Positions 19,582-29,585 of a DNA stretch of 64,000 nt are shown in pieces. The DNA is from an uncultured Caulobacterales bacterium (GTDB lineage: Bacteria; Pseudomonadota; Alphaproteobacteria; Caulobacterales; Caulobacteraceae), in contig CAIMFV010000006.1 in NCBI GenBank assembly GCA_903840435.1, positions 22,415 to 86,414 of the forward strand, read 5' to 3'. The notes under the pieces were generated by a model. It worked only from the letters and a program-made list of their open reading frames with translations. It searched no databases and was not told where the DNA came from. Both the position numbers and the translations under genes were made by a program. Position 1 is the stretch's first letter; each line of letters opens with the position of its first letter.

Positions 19582-21006
19582 CTAGCCGCCATAACCGATG
19601 GTTGCCTTGGTTTCGAGGAATTCGTCAAAGGCGTGGTCGCCCCACTCGCGGCCATTGCCCGATTGCTTATAACCGCCGAAAGGGGCCATCAGATCGGTGG
19701 TCGCGCCATTGAGAATGACCTGACCGGCTCGCATCTGCGCGGCGACGTCACGACACTCCTGAATGTCAGCGCCCTGGACATAGGCAGCGAGGCCGTACTC
19801 GGTGTCATTGCCGATCCGAATGGCCTCATCTAGGCTGTCATAGGGAAGGATGGCGAGCACCGGGCCAAAGATTTCCTCCTTGGCGATGGTCATGTCGGGG
19901 GTGACGTCCGCGAACACGGTTGGCTTGACATAGTAGCCCTTGTCCAAACCCTCCGGACGGCCAAGTCCGCCAGAGACGAGCGTCGCGCCTTCATCAATGC
20001 CCTTTTTGATCAGGCCTTGAATCTTATTCCATTGCACTTCGGAAACCACGGGTCCGAGTTGGGCATTGCCGTTCGGATCGCCGACCGTCGTCGCATCCGC
20101 GGCTTCCTTGGCATAGGCGATCACCTCGTCGCGCTTGGTACGTGGCGCCAGCATGCGGGTGGGCGCGTTGCAGGATTGGCCAGAATTCATCATCACGCCT
20201 TGGACGCCGCGTTTGACGGCGGCGGCCAGATCGACATTTTCGAGAATGATGTTGGGCGACTTGCCGCCCAATTCCTGATGGACCCGCTTGACCGTCGCCG
20301 CCGCGTTGCGGGCCACGTCGATGCCGGCCCGGGTCGAGCCCGTGAACGAGACCATGTCGACGTCCGGATGGCTGGAAATAGCCGCTCCCACGGTCGGGCC
20401 ATCGCCATTGACCATGTTGAACACGCCCGCAGGCACGCCCGCCGCATGCATGATTTCGGTCCAGATATAGCCGGAGAAGGGTGCGACTTCCGACGGCTTT
20501 AGCACCATGGTGCAGCCCGTGGCCAAAGCGGGAGCGACCTTGGTGGCGATCTGATTGATCGGCCAGTTCCACGGCGTGATAAAACCGCACACGCCGATGG
20601 GCTCCTTCGAGATCAAGGTGCCGCCGCGCTGATGTTCAAATTCGTAAGACTTCAACACTTCGATGGCGGTCTGCATGTGGCCAACGCCCATGGCGGCTTG
20701 GGCGCGTTGCGACAGCCAGCCCGGCGCACCCATTTCTTCGGTGATGGCTTCGGCCATTTCAGCGTAGCGCTTTTTATATTCTTCGATGATGCGCTCCATC
20801 AGATCGATGCGTTCGGCGCGGCTGGTGCGCGAAAAGCTTGCGAAAGCTGCCTTGGCGGCCGCGACGGCCTTATCCACATCGGCCTTGGCGCCCAGGCTAA
20901 TGTGGCCAGCCACACCTTCGGTCGCAGGATTGATCACTTCAAGCGTCTTCGGCGTGACCGGATCAACAAAGGCCCCGTTGATGTAGAATTTCAGATAGTC
21001 GCGCAT
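19582..21006 (-). CDS. NAD(P)-dependent aldehyde dehydrogenase
   Basis: ALDH family blocks (ELGGKSP, catalytic NSGQSC region); start placed at MRDYLKFYINGAF. Confidence 0.85.
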   Translation of the reverse strand: MRDYLKFYINGAFVDPVTPKTLEVINPATEGVAGHISLGAKADVDKAVAAAKAAFASFSRTSRAERIDLMERIIEEYKKRYAEMAEAITEEMGAPGWLSQRAQAAMGVGHMQTAIEVLKSYEFEHQRGGTLISKEPIGVCGFITPWNWPINQIATKVAPALATGCTMVLKPSEVAPFSGYIWTEIMHAAGVPAGVFNMVNGDGPTVGAAISSHPDVDMVSFTGSTRAGIDVARNAAATVKRVHQELGGKSPNIILENVDLAAAVKRGVQGVMMNSGQSCNAPTRMLAPRTKRDEVIAYAKEAADATTVGDPNGNAQLGPVVSEVQWNKIQGLIKKGIDEGATLVSGGLGRPEGLDKGYYVKPTVFADVTPDMTIAKEEIFGPVLAILPYDSLDEAIRIGNDTEYGLAAYVQGADIQECRDVAAQMRAGQVILNGATTDLMAPFGGYKQSGNGREWGDHAFDEFLETKATIGYGG

Positions 21007-21304
21007 GTCATCCTCCCAGATGAACGAATGTTCTCGCCGAGACGGCTTTGAGCCGCATATCGCCCGATCGCGTCGCCTTCGACGCCCCATGGTTCGAAGA
21101 CTATAGTAACGATTGGAGAGGGCGGGAAAAGGGCGTTCGCGCCAGATTTCTGCGAATTCTCAGGCCAAGCGCCACATTCGTTTCGGCTGTTTCGCTTGAC
21201 TCTGCATCCCCCTGGCTTTAAGGGAGCGCCTCTTGCGTAGGGGCCTTGTCTTAAGGGTCTCGTCGCTCATCCTATTGTCTTCCATCGCGCTGAAGGTTTT
21301 TTCC

Positions 21305-21610
21305 ATGTCGCGTCGCTGCGAGCTTACGGGCGTGGGCCCAATGGTGGGTCACAATGTGAGCCACTCCAATATCAAAACCAAGCGTCGGTTCTTGCCGTCC
21401 TTGCAGGCGATCAGCTTGCAGTCGGACTCGCTCGGCCAGACCTTCAAGCTGAAGATCAGCTCGGCAGCTCTGCGGACGGTGGATTTCCGTGGCGGTCTGG
21501 ATGCGGTTCTGCTGAACAGCCGGGACGAAGTGCTGTCGCCGCGCGCTTTGAAGATCAAGCGCCAGGTTAAGGCGAAGTTGGCGGCCCAAGCGCCGGCGGA
21601 AGCGGCCTAA
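21305..21610 (+). CDS. rpmB: 50S ribosomal protein L28
   Basis: [34 protein letters not shown] matches L28 N-terminus; about 101 aa. Confidence 0.8.
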   Translation: MSRRCELTGVGPMVGHNVSHSNIKTKRRFLPSLQAISLQSDSLGQTFKLKISSAALRTVDFRGGLDAVLLNSRDEVLSPRALKIKRQVKAKLAAQAPAEAA

Positions 21611-21704
21611 TTTAGCCTTTAGTCACGGTTTAAGGTTTTGAAGGCCTCGTCCCTGACGGGGCCTTTTCCTATGTAGGCCTCATCACCGCCTTCAGGAGCC
21701 GATC

Positions 21705-22529
21705 ATGCCGATCACGCCTGCCGACCTCCGCGCGTTCAAAGCGCGCCGGGAGCCCATTCCGGTGATCACGGCCTATGATTATCCATCGGCCCGTTTGGCC
21801 GAGGCGGCAGGGGTTCCGGTCCTGCTGGTCGGAGACTCGGTTGGCATGACCGTGCTCGGCGCTGCAACCACGCTCGGCGTCACACTCGACATCATGGTCC
21901 ACCATGCCCGCGCCGTGGCCAAGGGCGCAAACGAGGCCTTGGTAATCGCCGATCTGCCCTTTCTGACCTATGCCGATCCGATGATGGCCGTGGCGTCAGC
22001 CGGACGCTTACTGCAGGAGGCCGGTGTGCACGCCGTCAAGCTGGAAGGCGGATTGGCGGTGGTCGAGACAGTGAAAAAGCTGACCGAGCTTGGCGTGCCG
22101 GTCATGGGCCATCTCGGCTTTACGCCCCAATCTCAGCACCAGCTGGGCGTCAAGGTCCAGGCTAAGGATGAGGCGGGCGCGCGCCGCCTGCTCGCCGACG
22201 CCTTGGCCTTGGAAGCGGCGGGGGCCTTTGCAATAGTGCTCGAGCTGGTGCCCGCCGCGCTCGCCGCCGCCGTCAGCCAGCGCCTCAGCATCCCAACCAT
22301 TGGGATCGGTGCGGGCGGCGGCTGTGATGGTCAGGTCCAGGTTTGGCACGACCTGTTGGGGCTGGGCGAAGGCCGCCCCCGCCGCCACACCAAGGTGTTC
22401 GCCGAGGCGGGCGCGACGATTACCGAGGGCTTGAAGGCCTATGTGGCCGAGGTCAAGTCGGGGGCCTTTCCCACCAAAGCCAATGGCTCGTCGATGGATG
22501 CCGATGTGCTCGCGCGGGCCTTGACCTAA
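21705..22529 (+). CDS. panB: 3-methyl-2-oxobutanoate hydroxymethyltransferase
   Basis: 274 aa, PanB blocks (ITAYDYPSA, GHLGFTPQS); followed by panC. Confidence 0.9.
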   Translation: MPITPADLRAFKARREPIPVITAYDYPSARLAEAAGVPVLLVGDSVGMTVLGAATTLGVTLDIMVHHARAVAKGANEALVIADLPFLTYADPMMAVASAGRLLQEAGVHAVKLEGGLAVVETVKKLTELGVPVMGHLGFTPQSQHQLGVKVQAKDEAGARRLLADALALEAAGAFAIVLELVPAALAAAVSQRLSIPTIGIGAGGGCDGQVQVWHDLLGLGEGRPRRHTKVFAEAGATITEGLKAYVAEVKSGAFPTKANGSSMDADVLARALT

Positions 22530-22532
22530 GCC

Positions 22533-23375
22533 ATGCAGATTTGTCGAACCGTTGCAGAATTACGCGCCGCCCGGGCGCGGTTTGGCGCACTCGGCTTTGC
22601 GCCAACCATGGGCTATCTGCATGAGGGCCATTTGGGCTTGGCGCGACGGGCCAAGGCGGAGTGTGGCGCGAGTCTGGTCAGCATCTTCGTCAACCCGACT
22701 CAGTTCAGCGCCGGCGAGGATCTTGAACGCTATCCCCGCGACGAAACGCGGGATTTGGCGCTGTTGGCGGAAGAAAAGACTGACCTCGTTTTTCTGCCCC
22801 ATGTGTCAGACATCTATCCGGAGGGGTTTTCATCTACCGTCGACCCAGGCCCCTTAGCCCATGTGCTCGAAGGCGCATCGCGCCCCGGCCATTTTGTCGG
22901 CGTCGCGACGGTGGTGGCGAAGCTCTTGAACATGGCCCAGCCGACCAAGGCCTATTTTGGTCAGAAGGATGCCCAGCAGTGTCTGGTGATCCGTCGCGTG
23001 GCGCGCGATCTCGATTTGCCAGTCGAGATTGTCATTCAGCCAACCGCCCGGGATGGCGACGGCCTCGCTCTGTCCAGCCGCAACGCCTATCTCTCCAAGG
23101 CCGAGCGCGCGGCGGCGCCTGTGCTCTTTCGTGCTCTGCAAGCGGTGCAAGCCCGCGTCGTCGAGGGGGAGCGGGACGCAGATCGGCTGCGCCAGATGAT
23201 GCAGGCCATGATCATGGCCGAGCCCTTGGCCGAGCTTGATTATGTCAGTCTGGCCGATGCCGAAACGCTGAGTGAATTGGCGCGCTTGGATCGCCCCGCC
23301 CTCGCCTCGGTGGCAGTGCGGTTTGGCGCAACGCGGCTGATTGACAATCTGGTGCTTCAGCCTTCCGCAGCATAG
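22533..23375 (+). CDS. panC: Pantoate--beta-alanine ligase
   Basis: PTMGYLHEGHLGL HIGH-type motif, 280 aa. Confidence 0.9.
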   Translation: MQICRTVAELRAARARFGALGFAPTMGYLHEGHLGLARRAKAECGASLVSIFVNPTQFSAGEDLERYPRDETRDLALLAEEKTDLVFLPHVSDIYPEGFSSTVDPGPLAHVLEGASRPGHFVGVATVVAKLLNMAQPTKAYFGQKDAQQCLVIRRVARDLDLPVEIVIQPTARDGDGLALSSRNAYLSKAERAAAPVLFRALQAVQARVVEGERDADRLRQMMQAMIMAEPLAELDYVSLADAETLSELARLDRPALASVAVRFGATRLIDNLVLQPSAA

Positions 23376-24343
23376 ACGCCACGGGCGATGGCGCGGGCCA
23401 AGACGTCCGCCGCCGCCGCGCCCAACCGCGCCACCTGAAAGGCGCGACCTTCAGGTCCAAGCTCGGTCGCCCCACTTGCGGCGCAAATGACCAGATCGCC
23501 GTCAAAGGGCGTATGAGCCGGGCGAATGGCGCGGGCGAGGCCGTCCTGCGCCATCATGGCCACCCGCTGACATTCAGGCCCGGACAGATCAGCGCTGACG
23601 GCCACGGCGCAGAGCGTGGTTGCCGCGCCGGGCTTGGCTAAAGCGAGGCGGCTCAGCTTGCTATCCAGGGGAAGTGGGTCGTGCAGGGAGGCGGTTCCGC
23701 TGCCACGCCCACCAAATTCGGCTCCCCATTCGAACGGAGCGGCAAAAAACCGTCCCGCTGTATCGCCATAGACCGACCCGACCGGATTGACTGCCGCCAG
23801 CGCGCCTACCACCAGCCCATCGCCCAGGTCGAGCGAGGCGGACCCGATGCCGCCCTTGGCGGTCCCGGCCATAGCGCCGCAGCCCGCGCCAACCGCGCCT
23901 AAGTCAAACATCTCGCCAGCCATTTCGACCGCTTCCATGCCGAGGCTGCGGTAAGGCGGCATCGTTCCCCAGGCCTTGTCGCCGCCATTGGACAGATCGT
24001 GCAAACAGGCGCCGACGACAATCGGAATGGCGTGGGGTTCGGCTCCCAGGCGCAGGCCTTCATCCCTGGCTGAAAGCGCCACGGTCACGCCATCGGCGGC
24101 GGCAAGTCCAAAGACAGAACCGCCGGAAAATACCACGGCATAGGCCCGGTCGACCAGATTGGCGAGGCCCAAGACCTCGATCTCCCGCGTCGCTGGCCCG
24201 CCGCCCCGCACGTCCGCCGCCGCCGTCCAGCCGCCCGGCAGGAGCATGACGCTAACCCCGGTCCGGGCGCTCGCATCGGTGGCATGGCCGACCAACAGCC
24301 CTGCGACATCGGTGATCAAATTCTTTCGACCCGGCTTCATCAT
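23357..24343 (-). CDS. P1/S58 family peptidase (DmpA / L-aminopeptidase-D-esterase-like)
   Basis: N-terminal ITDVAGLLVGH and autoproteolytic GG/S region typical of DmpA/OAT-fold Ntn hydrolases. Confidence 0.75.
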   Translation of the reverse strand: MMKPGRKNLITDVAGLLVGHATDASARTGVSVMLLPGGWTAAADVRGGGPATREIEVLGLANLVDRAYAVVFSGGSVFGLAAADGVTVALSARDEGLRLGAEPHAIPIVVGACLHDLSNGGDKAWGTMPPYRSLGMEAVEMAGEMFDLGAVGAGCGAMAGTAKGGIGSASLDLGDGLVVGALAAVNPVGSVYGDTAGRFFAAPFEWGAEFGGRGSGTASLHDPLPLDSKLSRLALAKPGAATTLCAVAVSADLSGPECQRVAMMAQDGLARAIRPAHTPFDGDLVICAASGATELGPEGRAFQVARLGAAAADVLARAIARGVYAAEG

Positions 24344-24476
24344 GTCCCGATTGCCCGCTTCATCCGCCCGTTTGCATCCCCGTCTTTTTGTGAAACCCTA
24401 GCCGTGTGAAAAGGGAGCGCATCCGAGCCTGAGCCTAACCTGCTCTTGTCGGAAGAGGAAACAGAGAGAGAGATCC

Positions 24477-24881
24477 ATGGCCAAAGACCAACCTGCCCCC
24501 ATCGCTGCTTGGCATGCCTATGTCGCGGCCGATGACCCCGCCCTGTTGGACGTCATGTTGCATGATGAGGTGGTGTTCGAATCTCCCGTCGTCCACACGC
24601 CCCAACGGGGCAAGGCGATCACCATGGCCTATCTGCGCTCTGCCGCTCAAGTTCTCGGCACGCCGTCTTTCCGCTATCTTAATGAATGGTATGCGGAGCG
24701 CTCGGCCATCCTTGAATTTGCCTGCGAGATGGACGGTGTGAAGGTCAATGGCGTCGACATGATCTTTTGGGATGAACACGACAAGGTCACCCACTTTAAG
24801 GTCATGGTCCGCCCGTTGAAAGCCGTGAACCACCTGCACCAGAAGATGGGCGAAGCCCTGGCGGCCAAGGCAGCGGGATAG
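24477..24881 (+). CDS. NTF2-like (SnoaL-like) small protein
   Basis: 134 aa, alpha+beta cone architecture pattern; no catalytic assignment. Confidence 0.5.
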   Translation: MAKDQPAPIAAWHAYVAADDPALLDVMLHDEVVFESPVVHTPQRGKAITMAYLRSAAQVLGTPSFRYLNEWYAERSAILEFACEMDGVKVNGVDMIFWDEHDKVTHFKVMVRPLKAVNHLHQKMGEALAAKAAG

Positions 24882-24910
24882 GCTGCAGGGACAATAAGGG
24901 GATAGGGCGT

Positions 24911-26524
24911 ATGCGGATCAAATATTTCCTATTGATTTTCAGTCTTCTATCCCTGACCCCTCTGGGGGTGGCCAAGGCAGCATCCCTTCCGACTGGCGAT
25001 TTGATTATTGAAGGCGGCGGCCCGTCTTCACAGCAGGCCTTGCAGCGGATCAAGGCGATTATGGGTGCCAAGCGCCTGTGCGTCATCACGACCGCCAACC
25101 CTGACCCCTCCCAACTGGCCGAAGGCTTCGCCAAGCTGGGCCTGAACGCTCAGCCGATAAAGATCACCGCCGCCAATGCCTCAGCCCCGGCCAGGGTGGC
25201 CGAGTTGAGCGCCTGTGAGGGCTTTTACTTTGATGGCGGCTTGCCACGTCTCTTAACCGACGCCTTCATCGTGAAGGGAAGGGATTCTCTCGCGCTCGCC
25301 ACCATTCGTGCCCGGTTTCAAGAGGGGGCCATGGTGGCGGGATCCAGCGCAGGCGCGATGATCCTCGGCGACCAATCCCTGTGCACTTGTTCACCGGAAA
25401 CGAGTTTCAAAGTGCTGCACGGCACCCCGCCTGAGATCGTCCAGGGCTTTGGCTTTGTGCACCTGATTATCGACGCCCACGCCTTTATGCGTAACCTCTA
25501 TGGCCGCGAACTGATGGCCATGCAGTTGCAAGGCTGGCCGAAATTGCTGGCGATTGATGAGAGCACCGCCGTCGAGGTGCCGGGTGATGGATCAAACTGG
25601 CGCGTGCTGGGCGATTCCGCTGTTGCCCTGATCAAGCACCCGCCCAAATCCGCCAAGCCGTTGCGGGACTATGAGGTGTCACTGCTTCGGCGCGACGACG
25701 GGATTGATCCGGCAAGTATTGAAGCGGCGACCACCAACCGCAAGGCGGATCGCCATGATCATCAAGGGATTTCGGAAATCCTGCATTTGCCCGCTCAAGG
25801 CTTGCTGCAAATGGCGGCCCTCATCAGCGCCGAACAGGCCGAATCCTATGGCTGGGATTGGTTTTGGGACCCCGCCGCTCCGGTTCGCTTGCGCCTTGCG
25901 CTCACGGATGAAAGCCAAGCGTTCGAGAACCAGACGGAAAAGGGCGCGGCCAATGATTTGCTGACCCATTTGCGGTTTTCGGTGCAGATCCTGACACGGG
26001 CAGAGCTTGGGCTTGCCATCGAAGGGCGAGACGACCGGATTGCCAGCGATTGGGCCGTTCCCCCGTCTGACGGTCCACGCACCTCATGCATCTATCTGGC
26101 CATGACCCCGATGGCGGGTCCCGGCGTCACAACGGCTGATCGTCATGCCGTCCTGTCGGCGATCCAGTCTGGAGCGCGGTTGATCAACGCCCTGCCCAGC
26201 CAACCCGACGGAAAGGCCATGGCAATTCCAGGTTCAGTCCGCTTAGGATCAGCTGGGGCGTGTGACGCCACGCAAGGTGAGATCAGGCGTGAGATTAGGG
26301 GCGAAGTCATGGATCGCCTCGCCGTTCACTTGCGCGAAATTACCCACGCCAATTTCGATCAGCCGCTGATCTTCTACTGCGCCAATGAGCTGTGCTGGCA
26401 TTCCTACAATGCGGCGCAAAGGGCGCGGCTTCTGGGCTATCGCCGGGTCTATTGGTATCGTGGCGGCTTGCGCGATTGGCTTGCGCAAGGTGGCGCGGTC
26501 GAAAACATCGCTGACTCTTGGTGA
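24911..26524 (+). CDS. Secreted protein with N-terminal peptidase S51 (cyanophycinase/PepE)-like domain and C-terminal rhodanese-like domain
   Basis: Signal peptide; GSSAGAMILG nucleophile elbow resembling S51 serine; C-terminal IFYCANELCWHSY..GY..VYWYRGG..W rhodanese-like block (Cys present). Confidence 0.55.
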   Translation: MRIKYFLLIFSLLSLTPLGVAKAASLPTGDLIIEGGGPSSQQALQRIKAIMGAKRLCVITTANPDPSQLAEGFAKLGLNAQPIKITAANASAPARVAELSACEGFYFDGGLPRLLTDAFIVKGRDSLALATIRARFQEGAMVAGSSAGAMILGDQSLCTCSPETSFKVLHGTPPEIVQGFGFVHLIIDAHAFMRNLYGRELMAMQLQGWPKLLAIDESTAVEVPGDGSNWRVLGDSAVALIKHPPKSAKPLRDYEVSLLRRDDGIDPASIEAATTNRKADRHDHQGISEILHLPAQGLLQMAALISAEQAESYGWDWFWDPAAPVRLRLALTDESQAFENQTEKGAANDLLTHLRFSVQILTRAELGLAIEGRDDRIASDWAVPPSDGPRTSCIYLAMTPMAGPGVTTADRHAVLSAIQSGARLINALPSQPDGKAMAIPGSVRLGSAGACDATQGEIRREIRGEVMDRLAVHLREITHANFDQPLIFYCANELCWHSYNAAQRARLLGYRRVYWYRGGLRDWLAQGGAVENIADSW

Positions 26525-26600
26525 GAGCCTGGGTGGGGGACTTGAGTGAGGGACTTGGGGTGAAGCACTTAGAGGCAAGACTTGGAGGCAAGACCGGGCC

Positions 26601-27041
26601 GTGAGCGAGATCAACCTAACCCTCATCTATGACGGCCTCGGTCCGGTATTTTGGACCGGCGGACCAGAGCTTTTTGGGGTGCAGGATCGGGACGAGGCGC
26701 TACGCCCCGGTCGCGCTGGTGCCGATGGCACGCTCATTTTTGACCTAAGCTTGCGAGTCACAGGCGCGCCGCCAAAGCCGCCGGTTTTGAGCGGCGAGGT
26801 TGCCCATGGCCCGCCCGGCGAGCGGTTTCTTTATCTCAGCTGGCGTAATCGTGAGGGCAACTACGCGCAAAGGCTAAAGCTGCCGCTTTCCACCATCGGC
26901 TGGGACCTCATCGCCGCCGCCCAGGCCGAAAACCGCCCGCTTGTCGCCACGCTGGAGGACAAGGCCCCCAAAGCGACCAAGACCGGCGCCAATATTGGCG
27001 GAACCCGTCCGGTGACGTGGCGACTGGCCGCAAAGTCCTAG
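26601..27041 (+). CDS. Hypothetical protein
   Basis: 146-aa ORF with native-like GC and codon usage; no motif recognised. Confidence 0.4.
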   Translation: MSEINLTLIYDGLGPVFWTGGPELFGVQDRDEALRPGRAGADGTLIFDLSLRVTGAPPKPPVLSGEVAHGPPGERFLYLSWRNREGNYAQRLKLPLSTIGWDLIAAAQAENRPLVATLEDKAPKATKTGANIGGTRPVTWRLAAKS

Positions 27042-27051
27042 CCTCAGGCCG

Positions 27052-27456
27052 TCAGGCGCAAACCGACGCCGCCGCCAAGGCGTGAACCCGCCCAACCATG
27101 TCCTGCCAAGCCCGCTCTATCTCGGGAACGAACAGCGGGCCGAGCACTTCCCGCACCGCCGCCTGTACCGCATCGGCAAACAGCGGAAACACGTCGGGCG
27201 CAACGCCCAAGCCATCATGATTGACCGCCAAGGATCGGATCAGGGCCGAGCCGTAATAGTCCCCCCCCGCCATATCCAAAATCGCCTCAAAGAACTGCGC
27301 CAACATCTCACCCCGCACCGACCCGTCCGTGTCATTACAAAAAAACGCCTGCAGGTGCGGATGCTGGGCAAACAACACTCCATAGACCGCCCCCGTCAAA
27401 TCACCCCCCCGCTCGGCGGCGATCTCTAGGCTGGCGGTGATGGGGTTGGGGGTCAT
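27052..27456 (-). CDS. Globin-family protein (truncated-haemoglobin / group 2-like)
   Basis: About 135 aa, helical globin-like pattern (AVYGVLFAQHPHLQAFF...); last native-GC gene before AT-rich island. Confidence 0.5.
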   Translation of the reverse strand: MTPNPITASLEIAAERGGDLTGAVYGVLFAQHPHLQAFFCNDTDGSVRGEMLAQFFEAILDMAGGDYYGSALIRSLAVNHDGLGVAPDVFPLFADAVQAAVREVLGPLFVPEIERAWQDMVGRVHALAAASVCA

Positions 27457-27737
27457 GGGGGCGGGGGGGCGCTCAGGGTCCGAGAGTGGGCGACCGTTGC
27501 TATAGCGCAAATTGAGGGCTTAGGTCATGCCTCGAGCATGACCTAAGCCGACACCGGATGAATTCAAAACGTAGCTAAGTTTCGAAAATATGTTGTCGCC
27601 AGCTTTTATTACATTGAGGAATTATTTGTTGATTAATCAATATAAAATTACATCAGGAGAATATTTATATACGATAAATAAACACAAATAATATTTCCGG
27701 TACGTCTGGTATAGATTATTATTTACAAATACGTGTT

Positions 27738-28982
27738 TCAGATTTGACTGGGAATATCATATACCATCACAGTTATAGTGATTTCCCGATCCATGTCACC
27801 TGGATTGCCAAAAATATATTGAAACCGCGTCGAGCCTTGTATAACTGGGCCTCGCTTTTTGTGAGTATGGGTATCCATCACTTCTCGTATTTTTGTTACG
27901 ACTCCAGAGAGGCCTTTATTTTTATTGAAAATAACTAGAGCGGACTTTGTATCGCGCCACGTCAAATAGCTAAGAAGTTGATCTACTGCATCCAAGAAGC
28001 TTGTTTGACCCCGCCATATTTTGCATTCAGCGATAAATATATTGCGGCCTTCGGAGCGAACCAGAATGTCCGTTTTGCCATGAGCATTGAAGGTCTCACC
28101 AGTGGCCTGCCCCTCGTATTGACCGTTCAGTTGCACGAGGAAGTGTTCGCGGATGTCCTCTTCGTCCATTTTGGCAAAAGTTTGCGGGCTGCGCTCCATG
28201 ACCTTCGTCATATTGTCCATGACTGAAAGGATATGCTGGTAGTTCGACTCGTCTAGCGCTGGCTCTGGCACCCAAGCGGCGAGTCGCGAAGCCGACTGCG
28301 ACGGCGAGATTTTTCGGTTCACATCTTCAGCCTTATAGACTTTTGGTGCGTCGGCTCGAAGCCTCATCGGAAACCCGAGGGTGGCAACAAGGTTCTTGTT
28401 GTGCAAAATTTCCGCGCGGCGACGGGGAATGTAAGAGCGTGCAATGGACTCCATCTCAACCTTTGCGGTTGAAAGGTCGCGCTCCAGAGTGGAGAGGTGC
28501 TGCCCGATGCTAGTTATCTCGCTTTCCAGCTCTACTTTGAGCTGGTCGCCCGACCTGTCGGAGGTCAGCATTGGCAGCATCAGTTCATGAGCCTCCAGAA
28601 TAGCTTTCGGTCCCGGTAGCGTTCGACTTGAAGGCCCGATCTGAAAATACTTGTAGTTCCCATCGAAGGGGATATGAAACACAACAACGTGTTTTTTGAT
28701 AATTTGGCGAGAGTTAGACCCGAAGTTGGAATAAATGTAACGGCCATGTTCGTTGATTACGCACTCGATTTCCGTTTCGTCTGTATATATTTCTTCGATG
28801 CGCAGGGTGGGTACTTTAAATGAACACCTTGCTATTGCATCCTCAATCAGAGACTCATCGGACTGATTTAAGATTTCGTCGTCTTTCAATCGCTTGAGCT
28901 CGGCGGTCGTTTGCTCAATAATCTCCCTAGCGACTTCGTATGAAAATTTCCCGCTGAATAGAGCAATGATTTTATCGATCAT
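27738..28982 (-). CDS. Horizontally acquired 414-aa protein with C-terminal PD-(D/E)xK-like nuclease motif; candidate single-gene anti-phage defence (Shedu-like) or abortive-infection nuclease
   Basis: Gene is about 40% GC against about 65% background, with AT-rich flanks on both sides; C-terminal GKTDILV...NIFIAECKIW fits the D...(D/E)xK restriction-endonuclease fold; size and architecture resemble DUF4263/Shedu; lies next to a VapBC TA pair. Confidence 0.55.
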   Translation of the reverse strand: MIDKIIALFSGKFSYEVAREIIEQTTAELKRLKDDEILNQSDESLIEDAIARCSFKVPTLRIEEIYTDETEIECVINEHGRYIYSNFGSNSRQIIKKHVVVFHIPFDGNYKYFQIGPSSRTLPGPKAILEAHELMLPMLTSDRSGDQLKVELESEITSIGQHLSTLERDLSTAKVEMESIARSYIPRRRAEILHNKNLVATLGFPMRLRADAPKVYKAEDVNRKISPSQSASRLAAWVPEPALDESNYQHILSVMDNMTKVMERSPQTFAKMDEEDIREHFLVQLNGQYEGQATGETFNAHGKTDILVRSEGRNIFIAECKIWRGQTSFLDAVDQLLSYLTWRDTKSALVIFNKNKGLSGVVTKIREVMDTHTHKKRGPVIQGSTRFQYIFGNPGDMDREITITVMVYDIPSQI

Positions 28983-29271
28983 TCGTTAAGGCCTCAGGAT
29001 TTAAATAAAACTATAGACTAGGCGTCGAGGAATTGCCAATGAAAGATCAACGGGCGGGCGTAATCCGAATTTCCGTTATTAGAGCAACCCTGCCGTTGAA
29101 ATATCAAGTTGCACCGTTCCTTTGGGGCTGGCCAGAGGTGTTGGGGCTCCCAGACGGTGCGAAGACCATTTTGTCGCCTCGTCCCGCCTAAAACCAGAAT
29201 GCCATGGCCAAGAATAAGGCTGACGAACCCGCTCAGAGCCCTATAAACCCCTGAAACCCAAGCCTTGAAAT

Positions 29272-29330
29272 TGATATCAAAAGAGCATAATTAATATCAA
29301 AGCTATCTTATTTTAAGAATTGATATCAAA
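29272..29330 (+). promoter_or_regulatory. Three copies of palindrome TTGATATCAA (one variant TTAATATCAA) immediately upstream of antitoxin start; likely VapB/FitA-type autoregulatory operator
   Basis: aTTGATATCAa at about 29272, aTTAATATCAa at about 29292, aTTGATATCAa at 29321-29330; ATG at 29331. Confidence 0.55.
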
Positions 29331-29585
29331 ATGCCCGCCGTGACCATTCGTAATCTGTCGGAAGAAACCCATCGGGCGTTGAAGGTCCGGGCGGCGCAGC
29401 AGGGCCGCAGCACCGAGGCGGAAATTCGCCACATCCTTGAGCAAGCGGTTCGGCCAGCCTCCCGCATTCGGTTGGGGTCGCTACTGGCGGAAATCGGGCG
29501 CAGTGCGGGTCTGACGGATTTGGATTGCGCTGTGTTTGACGACCTTCGGGATAAGACCGTCTCCGAACCGGAGGCGATGGAATGA
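29331..29585 (+). CDS. vapB: Type II antitoxin, ribbon-helix-helix (FitA/VapB-like)
   Basis: 84 aa, N-terminal RHH (VTIRNLSEETHRALKVRAAQQGRS); 4-bp ATGA overlap with PIN toxin. Confidence 0.8.
   Translation: MPAVTIRNLSEETHRALKVRAAQQGRSTEAEIRHILEQAVRPASRIRLGSLLAEIGRSAGLTDLDCAVFDDLRDKTVSEPEAME

Noticed and set aside
28983-29330. Search for a tRNA or tmRNA integration target flanking the AT-rich island
   Set aside because: No cloverleaf-compatible sequence, T-loop (GTTCGAATC-like) or acceptor stem complementarity was found by eye in the island flanks. Absence is not proven without tRNAscan.
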